Assembly (NCBI RefSeq): GCF_001564455.1
Contig: NZ_CP011391.1
Location: 630,001-662,000, forward strand
Direction of reading: 5' to 3'
Origin: Faecalibaculum rodentium
GTDB lineage: Bacteria > Bacillota_I > Bacilli_A > Erysipelotrichales > Erysipelotrichaceae
Length of the DNA stretch: 32,000 nucleotides
In this document: one piece after another, positions 1-8,748 of the stretch
How the letters are laid out: each line of letters starts with the position of its first letter
How positions within the stretch are numbered: the stretch's first letter is position 1
The notes under the pieces: model-generated
The model's input: the letters and a program-made list of their open reading frames with translations, nothing else
Database searches by the model: none
Told to the model about the DNA's origin: nothing
Translations under genes and position numbers: made by a program

Positions 1-198
1 GCGGGACTGCTTTGCATGTGGGGCGTGACATGGCTGATCCAGACGGCAGGATTTACGGCGGATTCCGGCAGCAAGCTTGTGTGTCTGCTGCAGCTGATGG
101 TCAGCGGCCTGGCGAGCCTGGGTGTGTATCTGGGTGTGACGTGGTTTTTCCAGATTCCCCAGACTGTGTTTGGACTGAGAGGCAGATCCCATGTTTGA
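1..198 (+). CDS. C-terminal fragment of an integral membrane protein (N-terminus outside window)
   Basis: Frame +1 is open from base 1 to TGA at 196-198. The tail is hydrophobic and helix-like (LVCLLQLMVSGLASLGVYLGVTWFF). The stop overlaps the mnmG ATG (191) by 8 nt. The family cannot be assigned from 65 residues. Confidence 0.4.
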   Translation, partial: AGLLCMWGVTWLIQTAGFTADSGSKLVCLLQLMVSGLASLGVYLGVTWFFQIPQTVFGLRGRSHV

Positions 199-2050
199 TG
201 TTCTGGTGATCGGCGCCGGGCATGCCGGGATTGAAGCGGCAGCAGCGGCTGCGAGAATGGGAGCCAACACCTGTCTGGTGACCATGGATCTGAGCAGGGC
301 CGGATCCATGCCGTGCAATCCGAGTGTGGGCGGCCCGGCAAAGGGAATCGTGGTGCGAGAGATCGATGCACTTGGGGGAGTGATGCCCCGGGCTGCGGAT
401 GCGACGGCGCTGCAGTTCAAAATGCTGAATACCAGCAAAGGTCCCGGCGTGCAGTGTCTCCGGGTGCAGAGCGACAAGCTCGCCTACAGCCGGTGGATGG
501 CGGCATTTCTGAAACAGCAGCCGCACCTGACTGTAGTGGAAAACCGTGTGGAGTCTCTGGACATTGAAGAGGGTGCCGTCCGGGGTGCCATCTGCCGGGA
601 TGGTACACGGCTTTGTGCCAGAACAGTGGTCGTGACCTCCGGCACCTATATGCAGTCTGTTGTGCTGAAGGGACACACGGCCACGCCCTCGGGTCCTGAC
701 GGGCAGCCTGCCAGCGAGGGACTCTCGGAGAGCCTGCGGAATGCCGGGCTGCGCACATTCCGGCTGAAGACCGGAACACCGCCTCGGGTTCTGGCTGACA
801 GCGTGGATCTTTCGTTCGGCCAGGAACAGACAGGCTCTGCGGAGTTTCTTCACTTTTCCGATGACACACGACCGGAAGATGTGCTGCGGCCGGACGAACA
901 GGAGAGCTGCACACTGATCTGGACACGGCCGGAAACCCACCGGATCATCCGGGAACACCTGACGGACTCTGCCATGTATTCGGGCCTCGTGCGGGGAAAG
1001 GGACCGAGGTACTGTCCGAGCATCGAGGACAAACTGGTGCGGTTTGCGGACAAGGAACGGCATCAGCTCTTTCTGGAACCGGAATCCCGGGACCTGGACA
1101 CGCTGTATATACAGGGGTTTTCCACGTCCATGCCGGAAGATGTCCAGGAACAGATGGTCCATTCCCTGCCTGGTCTGGAACATGCTGTGATTGAAAAATA
1201 CGCCTATGCCATAGAATATGACGCCATTGACCCGCTGCAGCTCAGGCCTTCCCTGGAGACACGGGCTGTCAGCGGTCTGTTCACTGCCGGACAGGTCAAT
1301 GGTACCAGCGGGTATGAAGAAGCCGCAGGTCAGGGACTCATGGCAGGAATCAATGCGGTGCTGAAGGTCAGAAACCAGCCGCCATTTGTGCTGCGAAGAG
1401 ACGAAGCCTATATTGGTGTCATGATCGATGACCTGGTCACCAAAGGCACGCAGGAACCTTACAGACTTCTGACAAGCCGGGCGGAATACCGTCTGCTTCT
1501 CCGTCATGACAATGCCGCAGACAGACTGTCCCGGAAAGGGTACAGTCTCGGGCTGATCAGCCGGGACCGGATGGAGCGCCTCGAGCAGCGGCAGGCAGAA
1601 TCTGAACGACTGAAGCAGGAACTGGAAGACCTCCACATTCCGCCCGCCACGGCACATCCTGTCCTTGATCGTCTGCATCTGGACCCGCTTCGGCAGGGAG
1701 CCAGCGGCCTGGATCTTCTGAAGCGTCCGAATGTGACAACAGAGGACCTGATCGGACCGGTCAGCGACCGGGAAGCTGCAGCGGCTCTGGAAATCGCGGT
1801 AAAATATGAGGGGTATATCGCGAAAGCCCGGCGGGATGCGGACCGTCTGGCGGCCATGGAGGCCAGGCAGATACCGGATGATCTGGATTACGGTGCCATC
1901 GGCAATCTGAGTCTTGAGGCCAGACAGAAACTGTCAGCGGTCAGACCGGAGACGCTGGGGCAGGCAAGCCGTATTTCCGGAGTGAATCCGGCGGATATTG
2001 CGGTGCTGGCTGTATCGCTGGCACCGGTTGAAAAAGGGGACAGCAAATGA
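191..2050 (+). CDS. mnmG: tRNA uridine 5-carboxymethylaminomethyl modification enzyme MnmG (GidA)
   Basis: 619 aa. It has an N-terminal FAD Rossmann motif (DVLVIGAGHAGIEAA) and GidA-typical blocks GPRYCPSIEDK, FLEPE, GQVNGTSGYEEAAGQG and TSRAEYRLLLRHDNA. Confidence 0.97.
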   Translation: MFDVLVIGAGHAGIEAAAAAARMGANTCLVTMDLSRAGSMPCNPSVGGPAKGIVVREIDALGGVMPRAADATALQFKMLNTSKGPGVQCLRVQSDKLAYSRWMAAFLKQQPHLTVVENRVESLDIEEGAVRGAICRDGTRLCARTVVVTSGTYMQSVVLKGHTATPSGPDGQPASEGLSESLRNAGLRTFRLKTGTPPRVLADSVDLSFGQEQTGSAEFLHFSDDTRPEDVLRPDEQESCTLIWTRPETHRIIREHLTDSAMYSGLVRGKGPRYCPSIEDKLVRFADKERHQLFLEPESRDLDTLYIQGFSTSMPEDVQEQMVHSLPGLEHAVIEKYAYAIEYDAIDPLQLRPSLETRAVSGLFTAGQVNGTSGYEEAAGQGLMAGINAVLKVRNQPPFVLRRDEAYIGVMIDDLVTKGTQEPYRLLTSRAEYRLLLRHDNAADRLSRKGYSLGLISRDRMERLEQRQAESERLKQELEDLHIPPATAHPVLDRLHLDPLRQGASGLDLLKRPNVTTEDLIGPVSDREAAAALEIAVKYEGYIAKARRDADRLAAMEARQIPDDLDYGAIGNLSLEARQKLSAVRPETLGQASRISGVNPADIAVLAVSLAPVEKGDSK

Positions 2051-2361
2051 AACGAAAGAAGTCCAGGAAACGCCAGCTCGGCCGAGACCTTCTCTTCTGC
2101 GTCGCCTGCCTTGTCGCCAGTGCGGCATTGCTCTGGGGCGGCTGGCAGGATGTGCAGAACATGCTGGAAATCCGGCAGAGCATTGAAGACAATGAAGAAA
2201 AAGCCGCGCAGCTTGAACAGCGGCAGGATGATCTGGAAACCACCCGGGAGAATCTGGACAATCCGGACTACATCGAGTACATTGCCCGAGGCCGGTATCT
2301 GGTCACAAAAGAGGGAGAACAGGTTTTCAAATTCCCGACGCTGCAGGAAACCGAAGAGTGA
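2047..2361 (+). CDS. Septum formation initiator family protein (FtsB/DivIC-like)
   Basis: 104 aa with a basic N-terminus and one TM helix (LLFCVACLVASAALLWGGW). A coiled-coil follows, then the DivIC-type tail DYIEYIARGRYLVTKEGEQVF. The ATGA start/stop overlap with mnmG implies translational coupling. Confidence 0.8.
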   Translation: MKRKKSRKRQLGRDLLFCVACLVASAALLWGGWQDVQNMLEIRQSIEDNEEKAAQLEQRQDDLETTRENLDNPDYIEYIARGRYLVTKEGEQVFKFPTLQETEE

Positions 2362-2406
2362 ACCGTTTGGTTTACTGTTGTACTATGACGTTTTAATTAT
2401 AAAAAA

Positions 2407-2452
2407 TGGACTGGAAAGGTGACAAAAACCTTAAATTATCCAGTCCATTTTT
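2407..2452 (+). terminator. Hairpin with flanking A- and T-tracts in an AT-rich spacer (possible bidirectional terminator)
   Basis: TGGACTGG (2407-2414) pairs with CCAGTCCA (2440-2447). An A6 tract precedes the hairpin and a T5 tract follows it. The loop is unusually large (25 nt), which lowers confidence. Confidence 0.4.
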
Positions 2453-2551
2453 AAATTTCTCAGTCATCTGGAACGTTACATACTTCTTATATCTGCTATC
2501 CTCAAAGTGCCTTTTAAATAAAGGGCCCATTAGAAAAGAGGGTGAAAATCC

Positions 2552-3085
2552 ATGAGACAGAATCTTACACATGTACTGCTTCCGGCAGACAGCCGAACCC
2601 TTGAGGATGTCCGTCGCAATTATCCGGCTGGCCGCGTTGAGCGGATCACCAACGGAGTGGATGTATTTTACTGCTATGTCGTGCCGGCATTCAGCGAGAA
2701 GGGACTGAGATCCATCCCTGTCAGGCGGAATGGCCGGTTCATGAACCAGTCCCTGGAAGACCTCCACGGCGTGATCTGCTCCGGAGGGATCCGGCTGGAC
2801 CTTGACAAGGAGCTGGTATGGATCAACGGGGAAATGCTGCATCTTCCCGGTGCAGAGCTCCTTCTTCTGAAGATTCTGCTTCTCAATGACACCAGTTGTA
2901 TATCCAGGCGTATCCTTTTGACGATTCTGGAACGCAAAACAGGGAAGATGATGCAGGACAACACATTGTCGGTTCATATTGCCAGGCTGAGAAAGGCACT
3001 GGGGATCCATGAGGGAAAGAGTTATATCGCGACTGAACCCGGAAAGGGGTACCGATGGGCATTTCCTGTGATGAAGAAGCTGTAA
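2552..3085 (+). CDS. OmpR/PhoB-type winged-helix transcriptional regulator with a truncated, degenerate receiver-like N-terminus
   Basis: 177 aa. The C-terminal ~95 aa match the Trans_reg_C pattern by eye (LDLDKELVWINGEMLHLPGAELLLLKILL...DNTLSVHIARLRKAL...IATEPGKGYRW). The N-terminal ~80 aa are too short for a full REC domain. Confidence 0.8.
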   Translation: MRQNLTHVLLPADSRTLEDVRRNYPAGRVERITNGVDVFYCYVVPAFSEKGLRSIPVRRNGRFMNQSLEDLHGVICSGGIRLDLDKELVWINGEMLHLPGAELLLLKILLLNDTSCISRRILLTILERKTGKMMQDNTLSVHIARLRKALGIHEGKSYIATEPGKGYRWAFPVMKKL

Positions 3086-3156
3086 AACAGAACACGCATC
3101 TATATAAGCGCTTACAAAAATGCAGGAAATTGTTTCATCTCTCCCACTCCATTCTG

Positions 3157-3184
3157 TTGAAAATGGCATGACATTGTTTATAAT
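3157..3184 (+). promoter_or_regulatory. Sigma-A-type promoter candidate for glgP
   Basis: TTGAAA (3157-3162), a 16-nt spacer, then TATAAT (3179-3184). An RBS GGAGGG lies at 3194-3199, ahead of the ATG at 3206. Confidence 0.55.
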
Positions 3185-3205
3185 CAAAGAATCGGAGGGA
3201 TTATT

Positions 3206-5632
3206 ATGCAAGACTGCTTCAGTTCAAAAGATCGATTCATAGAATGCTACAAGGAACGGGTCGCCAGCCAGTTTGGCCATGATTTTGAGGACTCGTATCC
3301 AGTCGAACGCTATCAGGCACTGGGTTCCCTGATCCGGGATTATGCCGGACACAACTGGAAGGAAACCAAAAAAGCCGTCAGGCGGTCCCAGACAAAACAG
3401 CTTTACTATTTTTCCATGGAGTTCCTGATGGGACGTCTCATGACCAACAACCTGCGCAACCTGGGCATTTATGATGTAGTCCAGGAAGGGCTGGCCGATC
3501 TTGGCATTGACATCAACGAGATGGAATCTCTCGAAGCCGATGCAGGACTGGGCAACGGCGGCCTGGGACGTCTGGCAGCATGTTTCCTCGATTCGCTCGC
3601 ATCCCTGGACCTTGCCGGCAACGGCAACTGCATCCGGTACCGCTATGGCCTGTTCCGGCAGAAAATCGAAAACAGGGAGCAGGTGGAAGTGCCTGACTGC
3701 TGGCTGCGCAACGGCAATATCTGGGAGGTCTGGAAACCCAATCATGAAGTGAAGGTCCGGTTCGGCGGCAATATGCACGCCTGGATGGACCACGAAGGAC
3801 GTTTCCATTCAGACTACCACCCGGAGTTTGTGGTTCGGGCTGTCCCCTACGACGAACCGGTCATCGGCTACCACACACAGACGACCAACACCCTGCGGCT
3901 CTGGGATGCCGAAGTGGATGAGGATTCGGTTTCAGCAGGCCGTCTTAACGAATACCTGCGGCTGGTCACACAGCTGACAGCCAATGTATACCCCGATGAC
4001 TCCACCATTGAAGGCAAGGAGCTGCGGCTGAAACAGGAATATTTCTTTGTATGTGCCGGTGTAGACCAGATCATCCGAAGCCATCTTCAGACCTACCCCA
4101 GCCTGGACAACCTGCACGAGAAAGCGGCAATCCAGCTCAATGACACGCATCCTGTCCTGGTCATTCCGGAACTGATGCGCGTGCTGATGGATGATTACAA
4201 TTATGGCTGGGACCAGGCCTGGTACATTGTGACGCATACCGTGGCCTACACCAACCACACCGTCATGGCGGAAGCCCTGGAAAAGTGGCCGCAGGATATG
4301 GTGAGCAGGCTGTTCCCCCGTCTGTACCTGATCATTGAAGAAATCGAGCGGCGGTTCAAGTATGAACTCGACCACCAGGGGAAAGGTCATCTGTTCCCGC
4401 AGGTTTCCATCCTGGGACAGGGACAGGTGCACATGGCACATCTGGCGATCGTGGGCAGTCACAGTGTGAATGGCGTGGCGAAGATCCATACCCAGATCCT
4501 GGTCAACGACGTGATGGCAAGCTTTGCATCGATTTATCCCGACCGCTTCAACAACAAAACCAACGGCATCACCCACCGCCGCTGGCTCATGTACTGCAAC
4601 CCGCAGCTGACACAGCTGATTGACGATACCATTGGCACAGACTGGCACCACAACCCCGGCGGGCTGGAAGCCCTGATGCCGCACGTGGATGATCCTGCCC
4701 TTCAGGACCGGTTCCTGGCCGTAAAGCGGGAGAGAAAAGTCATTCTTGCTGATTACATCCGCAGCACCCTCGGCATTGAAGTGGACCCGGATTCCATCTT
4801 CGACTGCCAGTCCAAGCGGCTTCACGCCTACAAGCGGCAGCTGCTCAACATCTTCCATGTCATGTACCTGTATCTGGCCATGAAGCGGGATCCCGGCTTC
4901 CGGATCAGACCCCGGACCTTCATTTTCTCGGCAAAGGCAGCTGCCAGCTATGTCCTGGCAAAGGAAATCATCAAGCTGATCAATTCCGTTGCCGAGAAAG
5001 TCAATGGGGACCCGGAAATCTCCAGATACATGAAAGTGGTGTTCATCCCCAACTATTCTGTTTCCATTGCTGAAGTGCTGGTTCCGGGCGCGGACATCTC
5101 CGAGCAGATTTCCACCGCCGGCAAGGAAGCCTCCGGTACAGGCAACATGAAATACATGATGAACGGAGCCCTGACACTTGGAACACTGGATGGTGCGAAT
5201 GTGGAAATCGTGGAACAGGTCGGCTACGACAACGCAGAGATTTTTGGACTGCGTGTGGAAGACATTGAAGCGCTGAAACGCGAAAACAGCTACAATGTCT
5301 GGCACATCTACGAGCACAACGAGCGCCTTCGAATGGTGATCGAGTCCCTGCGAAACGGGACCTGGGATTCCGATTCCAATGCGTTCATGCATATCTACAA
5401 CGACCTGATGCTCAGAAACGACGAGTTCTATGTTCTGGCGGACTTCGAAGCCTATCTCTATGCCCAGTCCCTTGTGGCAAACGCCTATGAAGACCGCAGG
5501 GCATGGGCGAGAATCATGCTGATCAACATCGCCAAATCCGGCTATTTCTCCAGTGACCGGACGATTCAGGAATATGCCAGAGAAATCTGGGGCCTGACGC
5601 CCATTCCTTTTGAAACGACCGGCAGAGCCTGA
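3206..5632 (+). CDS. glgP: Glycogen/maltodextrin (alpha-glucan) phosphorylase
   Basis: 808 aa. It carries the GT35 phosphorylase signature with the PLP-lysine block EASGTGNMKYMMNGALTLGTLDGANVE, plus GLGNGGLGRLAACFLDS and NDTHP blocks. Confidence 0.96.
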   Translation: MQDCFSSKDRFIECYKERVASQFGHDFEDSYPVERYQALGSLIRDYAGHNWKETKKAVRRSQTKQLYYFSMEFLMGRLMTNNLRNLGIYDVVQEGLADLGIDINEMESLEADAGLGNGGLGRLAACFLDSLASLDLAGNGNCIRYRYGLFRQKIENREQVEVPDCWLRNGNIWEVWKPNHEVKVRFGGNMHAWMDHEGRFHSDYHPEFVVRAVPYDEPVIGYHTQTTNTLRLWDAEVDEDSVSAGRLNEYLRLVTQLTANVYPDDSTIEGKELRLKQEYFFVCAGVDQIIRSHLQTYPSLDNLHEKAAIQLNDTHPVLVIPELMRVLMDDYNYGWDQAWYIVTHTVAYTNHTVMAEALEKWPQDMVSRLFPRLYLIIEEIERRFKYELDHQGKGHLFPQVSILGQGQVHMAHLAIVGSHSVNGVAKIHTQILVNDVMASFASIYPDRFNNKTNGITHRRWLMYCNPQLTQLIDDTIGTDWHHNPGGLEALMPHVDDPALQDRFLAVKRERKVILADYIRSTLGIEVDPDSIFDCQSKRLHAYKRQLLNIFHVMYLYLAMKRDPGFRIRPRTFIFSAKAAASYVLAKEIIKLINSVAEKVNGDPEISRYMKVVFIPNYSVSIAEVLVPGADISEQISTAGKEASGTGNMKYMMNGALTLGTLDGANVEIVEQVGYDNAEIFGLRVEDIEALKRENSYNVWHIYEHNERLRMVIESLRNGTWDSDSNAFMHIYNDLMLRNDEFYVLADFEAYLYAQSLVANAYEDRRAWARIMLINIAKSGYFSSDRTIQEYAREIWGLTPIPFETTGRA

Positions 5633-5678
5633 AGAACTGCCCGGCAGAATGACGACAGCTGAATAACAAATCGAGACA

Positions 5679-5708
5679 GGGGGCCGCGTTGACGGCTCCC
5701 TTTATATT
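5679..5708 (+). terminator. Rho-independent terminator candidate after glgP
   Basis: GGGGGCCG (5679-5686) pairs with CGGCTCCC (5693-5700), giving 8 bp with one G-U. TTTATATT follows. Confidence 0.6.
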
Positions 5709-5998
5709 GGACGCCTTTGTTATACTGAGCGGCTCTGAGCCGGTGTTCCCGGCTTCGCGTCTCCGGCTGCTGTACGCCATTCAGGTTTCTTTATTTCTCC
5801 AGGACTGTCTGCGTCGTGGCCAGAACGGAACAGTCTGTTCTGTGACCCGGGTCCAATGGTGGTATGCTCGATATACAGATATCCTCCTTCCTGCGGACGC
5901 CTGCCTTGAAGTCAGGGAAAGGCGCTGTATGGCAGGCAGTTCACTGACTGCGGCCAGCGTGTTCTGCCAGGAAAGAGGATCGAGAAAGCGAGCGGATC

Positions 5999-7156
5999 AT
6001 GAGCGAAAAAAAACGAATCCTTCTTCTGGGGGCCACGGGTTCCATCGGCCGGCAGACCCTGGATGTACTGAGACGTCATCCGGACACATTTGAGCTGGCA
6101 GGCATCAGCGCCGGTCACAACGAAGACGCCCTGCAGGAAATTGCACAGGAGTTTCCGGAAATTCAGGCAGCGAGCGTGGAATCCACTGACGGCAGGCCCT
6201 GGCAGACCGACCTGATCACAGGAGCAGATCATGTAGCCAGACTCATGGACCGGGTGGAGTATGACCTGCTGGTCAATGCCGTGGTCGGATTTGCCGGACT
6301 GGCCCCGACTCTCAAAGCCCTGGAGTCCGGACATGATGTGGCGCTGGCCAACAAGGAAAGCCTCGTGGCAGGAGGACCGCTGGTAAAAAAGACTCTTGCG
6401 GAAACCGGACGCAGGCTGTATCCCATCGATTCCGAACACAGTGCCATCTGGCAGTGTATCCAGGGGTCCCGGGAAAAAGACGTGAACCGTCTGATCATCA
6501 CCGCAAGCGGCGGCAGTTTCCGGGACCGCAGCCGGGAGTCCCTCAAAGACGCCACACCGGCTGAAGCCCTGAAACATCCGAACTGGGCCATGGGGAAGCG
6601 AATCACCATTGATTCTGCCACCATGGTGAACAAGGGATTCGAAGTCATCGAAGCGCATTATCTCTTTGATGTCCCCTTCGAGAGAATCGAAACGGTCCTG
6701 CATCCTCAGTCCATTGTGCACAGTATGGTGGAATTCAAGGATGGAGCAGTCATGGCACAGCTTGGCAGTGCCGATATGCGGCTCCCGATCCAGTATGCAC
6801 TCATGATGCCGGACAGACCGAGTCTGGAGGAAGACAACCGGCTGGACATGACCCGGACACAGTCTCTGGAGTTCCGGGAAATGGACATGGAACGGTTCCC
6901 GATCCTGAAGACAGCGTATGAAACCGGAAAAGCCGGCGGCAGTGCGGGGGCTGTGTTCAATGGAGCCGATGAGGAGGCAGTGGCGCTGTTTCTTGAAGGA
7001 AAGCTGCCGTTTCTGGGAATCGAGGATGCCATCCGCTATGCACTCCAGGTGGTGCCCTTTGTCCAGGACCCGGATTATGAGGCGCTTCGGGACTGTGACA
7101 GGCTGGCCCGTGAGGCGGTTCGATATGGCGTGTCTCATGGTTTTCAGGTAGAATAG
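5999..7156 (+). CDS. dxr: 1-deoxy-D-xylulose 5-phosphate reductoisomerase
   Basis: 385 aa with the NADPH-binding motif LLLGATGSIGRQTLDV. Dxr blocks LANKESLV, PIDSEHSAI and NKGFEVIEAH are present. Confidence 0.95.
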   Translation: MSEKKRILLLGATGSIGRQTLDVLRRHPDTFELAGISAGHNEDALQEIAQEFPEIQAASVESTDGRPWQTDLITGADHVARLMDRVEYDLLVNAVVGFAGLAPTLKALESGHDVALANKESLVAGGPLVKKTLAETGRRLYPIDSEHSAIWQCIQGSREKDVNRLIITASGGSFRDRSRESLKDATPAEALKHPNWAMGKRITIDSATMVNKGFEVIEAHYLFDVPFERIETVLHPQSIVHSMVEFKDGAVMAQLGSADMRLPIQYALMMPDRPSLEEDNRLDMTRTQSLEFREMDMERFPILKTAYETGKAGGSAGAVFNGADEEAVALFLEGKLPFLGIEDAIRYALQVVPFVQDPDYEALRDCDRLAREAVRYGVSHGFQVE

Positions 7157-7194
7157 ACTGTACATGTCAAAAGCAGGGAGGGACCGGATAGATC

Positions 7195-8688
7195 ATGAAA
7201 GCAGTCTGTATGATGACAGGCGCAGTACTGGCGCTTGGCACTGTGGTGCCGCAGATGAGTCAGGCAGTGCCGGAAGCCGTCAGAGAAGAAGCACCCAGGA
7301 TACAGGTCAGAAGCACAGATGAATTCATCAAGGTGTTTCTGACAGAAAAGCTGATCGGCAGGGACGGAAAGGAAACATCCAGGCAGATCGAAACGGTATC
7401 CGAGACAAACTATGCATCGATTCTTGCCGGCCGGGATTTTCTGAAAACAGCAGATCCGAAACTGAAAAAAACCATCGAAGATGGTCTGGAACAGAAAAAG
7501 ATCGACTGGAAGGCCTGGTGTGAATCCGCTGAAACCCTGCGGAAGAAACTGGAACCGGAAAAAACGGACAAACAGCCGGAGTCAGAGCCGAAGACAGAAG
7601 ACAGGAACCAGGATTCAGCCCTTGGGACAGGACAGACCGGGAAGCCGGATTCGCAGACTCCTGGTGCAGTGCAGACAGAAAAACCGGTAGAAAACAGCCA
7701 GTCCCAGAAGCAGGATAACCAGCCGGCGACTGACACTCCCGCCGGCAATGCATCGGCTGCGACCGATTCATCTGATACCGGCACAGCGACACCGGATGCA
7801 TCCGGAGACAAGCAAGCCAGTCCGGATGAAGACACTGACAGTCAGGACAGTCCGGATCCTGCCGGACAGGAGGCGCAGAAGCCGGTTTCCACAGAACAGG
7901 AACAGCCTCAGTCCGGGCTGGATGCTGATGGCGGGAAGAATTCTTCCGGTTCCAAAGAAGACACGGTGGATGCTGATACCCGGCCCGTGGATACATCCGG
8001 AGAGAAACCGCAGGCCGGATCCGGAACAGAGGAAAGCGATGTTCTGCCTTCCGGTGAAGACAAGGCAACCCCGTCTCTTTCAGAAGCACAGCCGGATGAT
8101 CCGGCTTTGGACACAGGCAAAGAGACAGACACTATTGCAGCCCCGGCAGCCAGTCAGACAGACCGGGAAGCCGGTCTGACATTGACAGACGCAGCCGGTC
8201 AGGTGGGATCCCCACAGGCATCGGCCGTACAGCAGCCGGCGACAGCAAAGGCAGTGACGGCAGCTGTCCCGACAGCCCGGTCCGCTCAAATCGCACAGGC
8301 AAATCCTGTGGTCCAGCCAGCCGGCCTGAGCGATGAAGCAGCTTCGTTCATCCGTACCTGGCTGACCAGCGCACAGGGAAACCTCTATGCCACAGCCACT
8401 GAACAGAATCAGTCCAGGATCCTGGAAGCGATGCCCAGCTGGAATGGCCTGAGCCCGGAAGCAAGAGCAATGGTCAACCAGCGGCTGCAGGCAGTCAATG
8501 GAAAAACATTCCAGAAACTCGTCCGCGAAGCCCAGCAGCTGAAGCTTGGCAAACCCCTGGCATGGAACAACACCAGGGTGCATACGGCTGCCAGAGATGA
8601 AACCGGCTTTTTTGTCGGACTCATGACCGCTTCCGGGGCGCTGTTTGCCGCACTGGCAGGACGTCTGAAAAAAGAGCGCAGAGCCTGA
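7195..8688 (+). CDS. Secreted/cell-surface protein with an acidic low-complexity core and a C-terminal anchor-like segment
   Basis: 497 aa. The N-terminus is signal-peptide-like (MKAVCMMTGAVLALGTVVPQMSQA). A ~230-aa D/E/S/T/P/Q-rich region spans about 7537-8230. The C-terminus has a hydrophobic stretch plus a basic tail (FFVGLMTASGALFAALAGRLKKERRA). Confidence 0.75.
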   Translation: MKAVCMMTGAVLALGTVVPQMSQAVPEAVREEAPRIQVRSTDEFIKVFLTEKLIGRDGKETSRQIETVSETNYASILAGRDFLKTADPKLKKTIEDGLEQKKIDWKAWCESAETLRKKLEPEKTDKQPESEPKTEDRNQDSALGTGQTGKPDSQTPGAVQTEKPVENSQSQKQDNQPATDTPAGNASAATDSSDTGTATPDASGDKQASPDEDTDSQDSPDPAGQEAQKPVSTEQEQPQSGLDADGGKNSSGSKEDTVDADTRPVDTSGEKPQAGSGTEESDVLPSGEDKATPSLSEAQPDDPALDTGKETDTIAAPAASQTDREAGLTLTDAAGQVGSPQASAVQQPATAKAVTAAVPTARSAQIAQANPVVQPAGLSDEAASFIRTWLTSAQGNLYATATEQNQSRILEAMPSWNGLSPEARAMVNQRLQAVNGKTFQKLVREAQQLKLGKPLAWNNTRVHTAARDETGFFVGLMTASGALFAALAGRLKKERRA

Positions 8689-8703
8689 GGCAGTTCACAA
8701 AGA

Positions 8704-8727
8704 GGGAGCAGACCGCTTCCTTTTTTT
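8704..8727 (+). terminator. Rho-independent terminator after the surface-protein gene
   Basis: GGGAGC (8704-8709) pairs with GCTTCC (8715-8720). A T7 run follows (8721-8727). Confidence 0.65.
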
Positions 8728-8748
8728 ACACCTGCTGAATCTGATATA

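Noticed and set aside
101-1678. 525-aa minus-strand ORF. Similar long antisense ORFs are at 3932..5392, 5912..7165, 7328..8089, 8695..9879, 9934..11973, 13208..14071, 15030..16448, 17300..18409, 19396..20781, 21451..22284, 23865..25151, 25707..26666, 26740..27780 and 28104..28760.
   Set aside because: Each lies fully antisense to, or out of frame with, a gene that has strong family motifs. Their products are Arg/Pro/Gly/Ser/His/Cys-rich low-information sequence typical of stop-poor frames in GC-rich DNA, and none has an RBS.
5689-6093. 134-aa ORF bridging the glgP-dxr spacer.
   Set aside because: It has a TTG start, reads into dxr out of frame, and has an Arg/Ser/Cys-rich composition with no recognisable domain.
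7792-7805. Perfect 14-bp palindrome CCGGATGCATCCGG.
   Set aside because: It lies inside the low-complexity coding region, where CCGGA/TCCGG codon pairs (Pro-Asp, Ser-Gly) recur. It has no flanking regulatory context and is probably a coincidence of repetitive codon usage.
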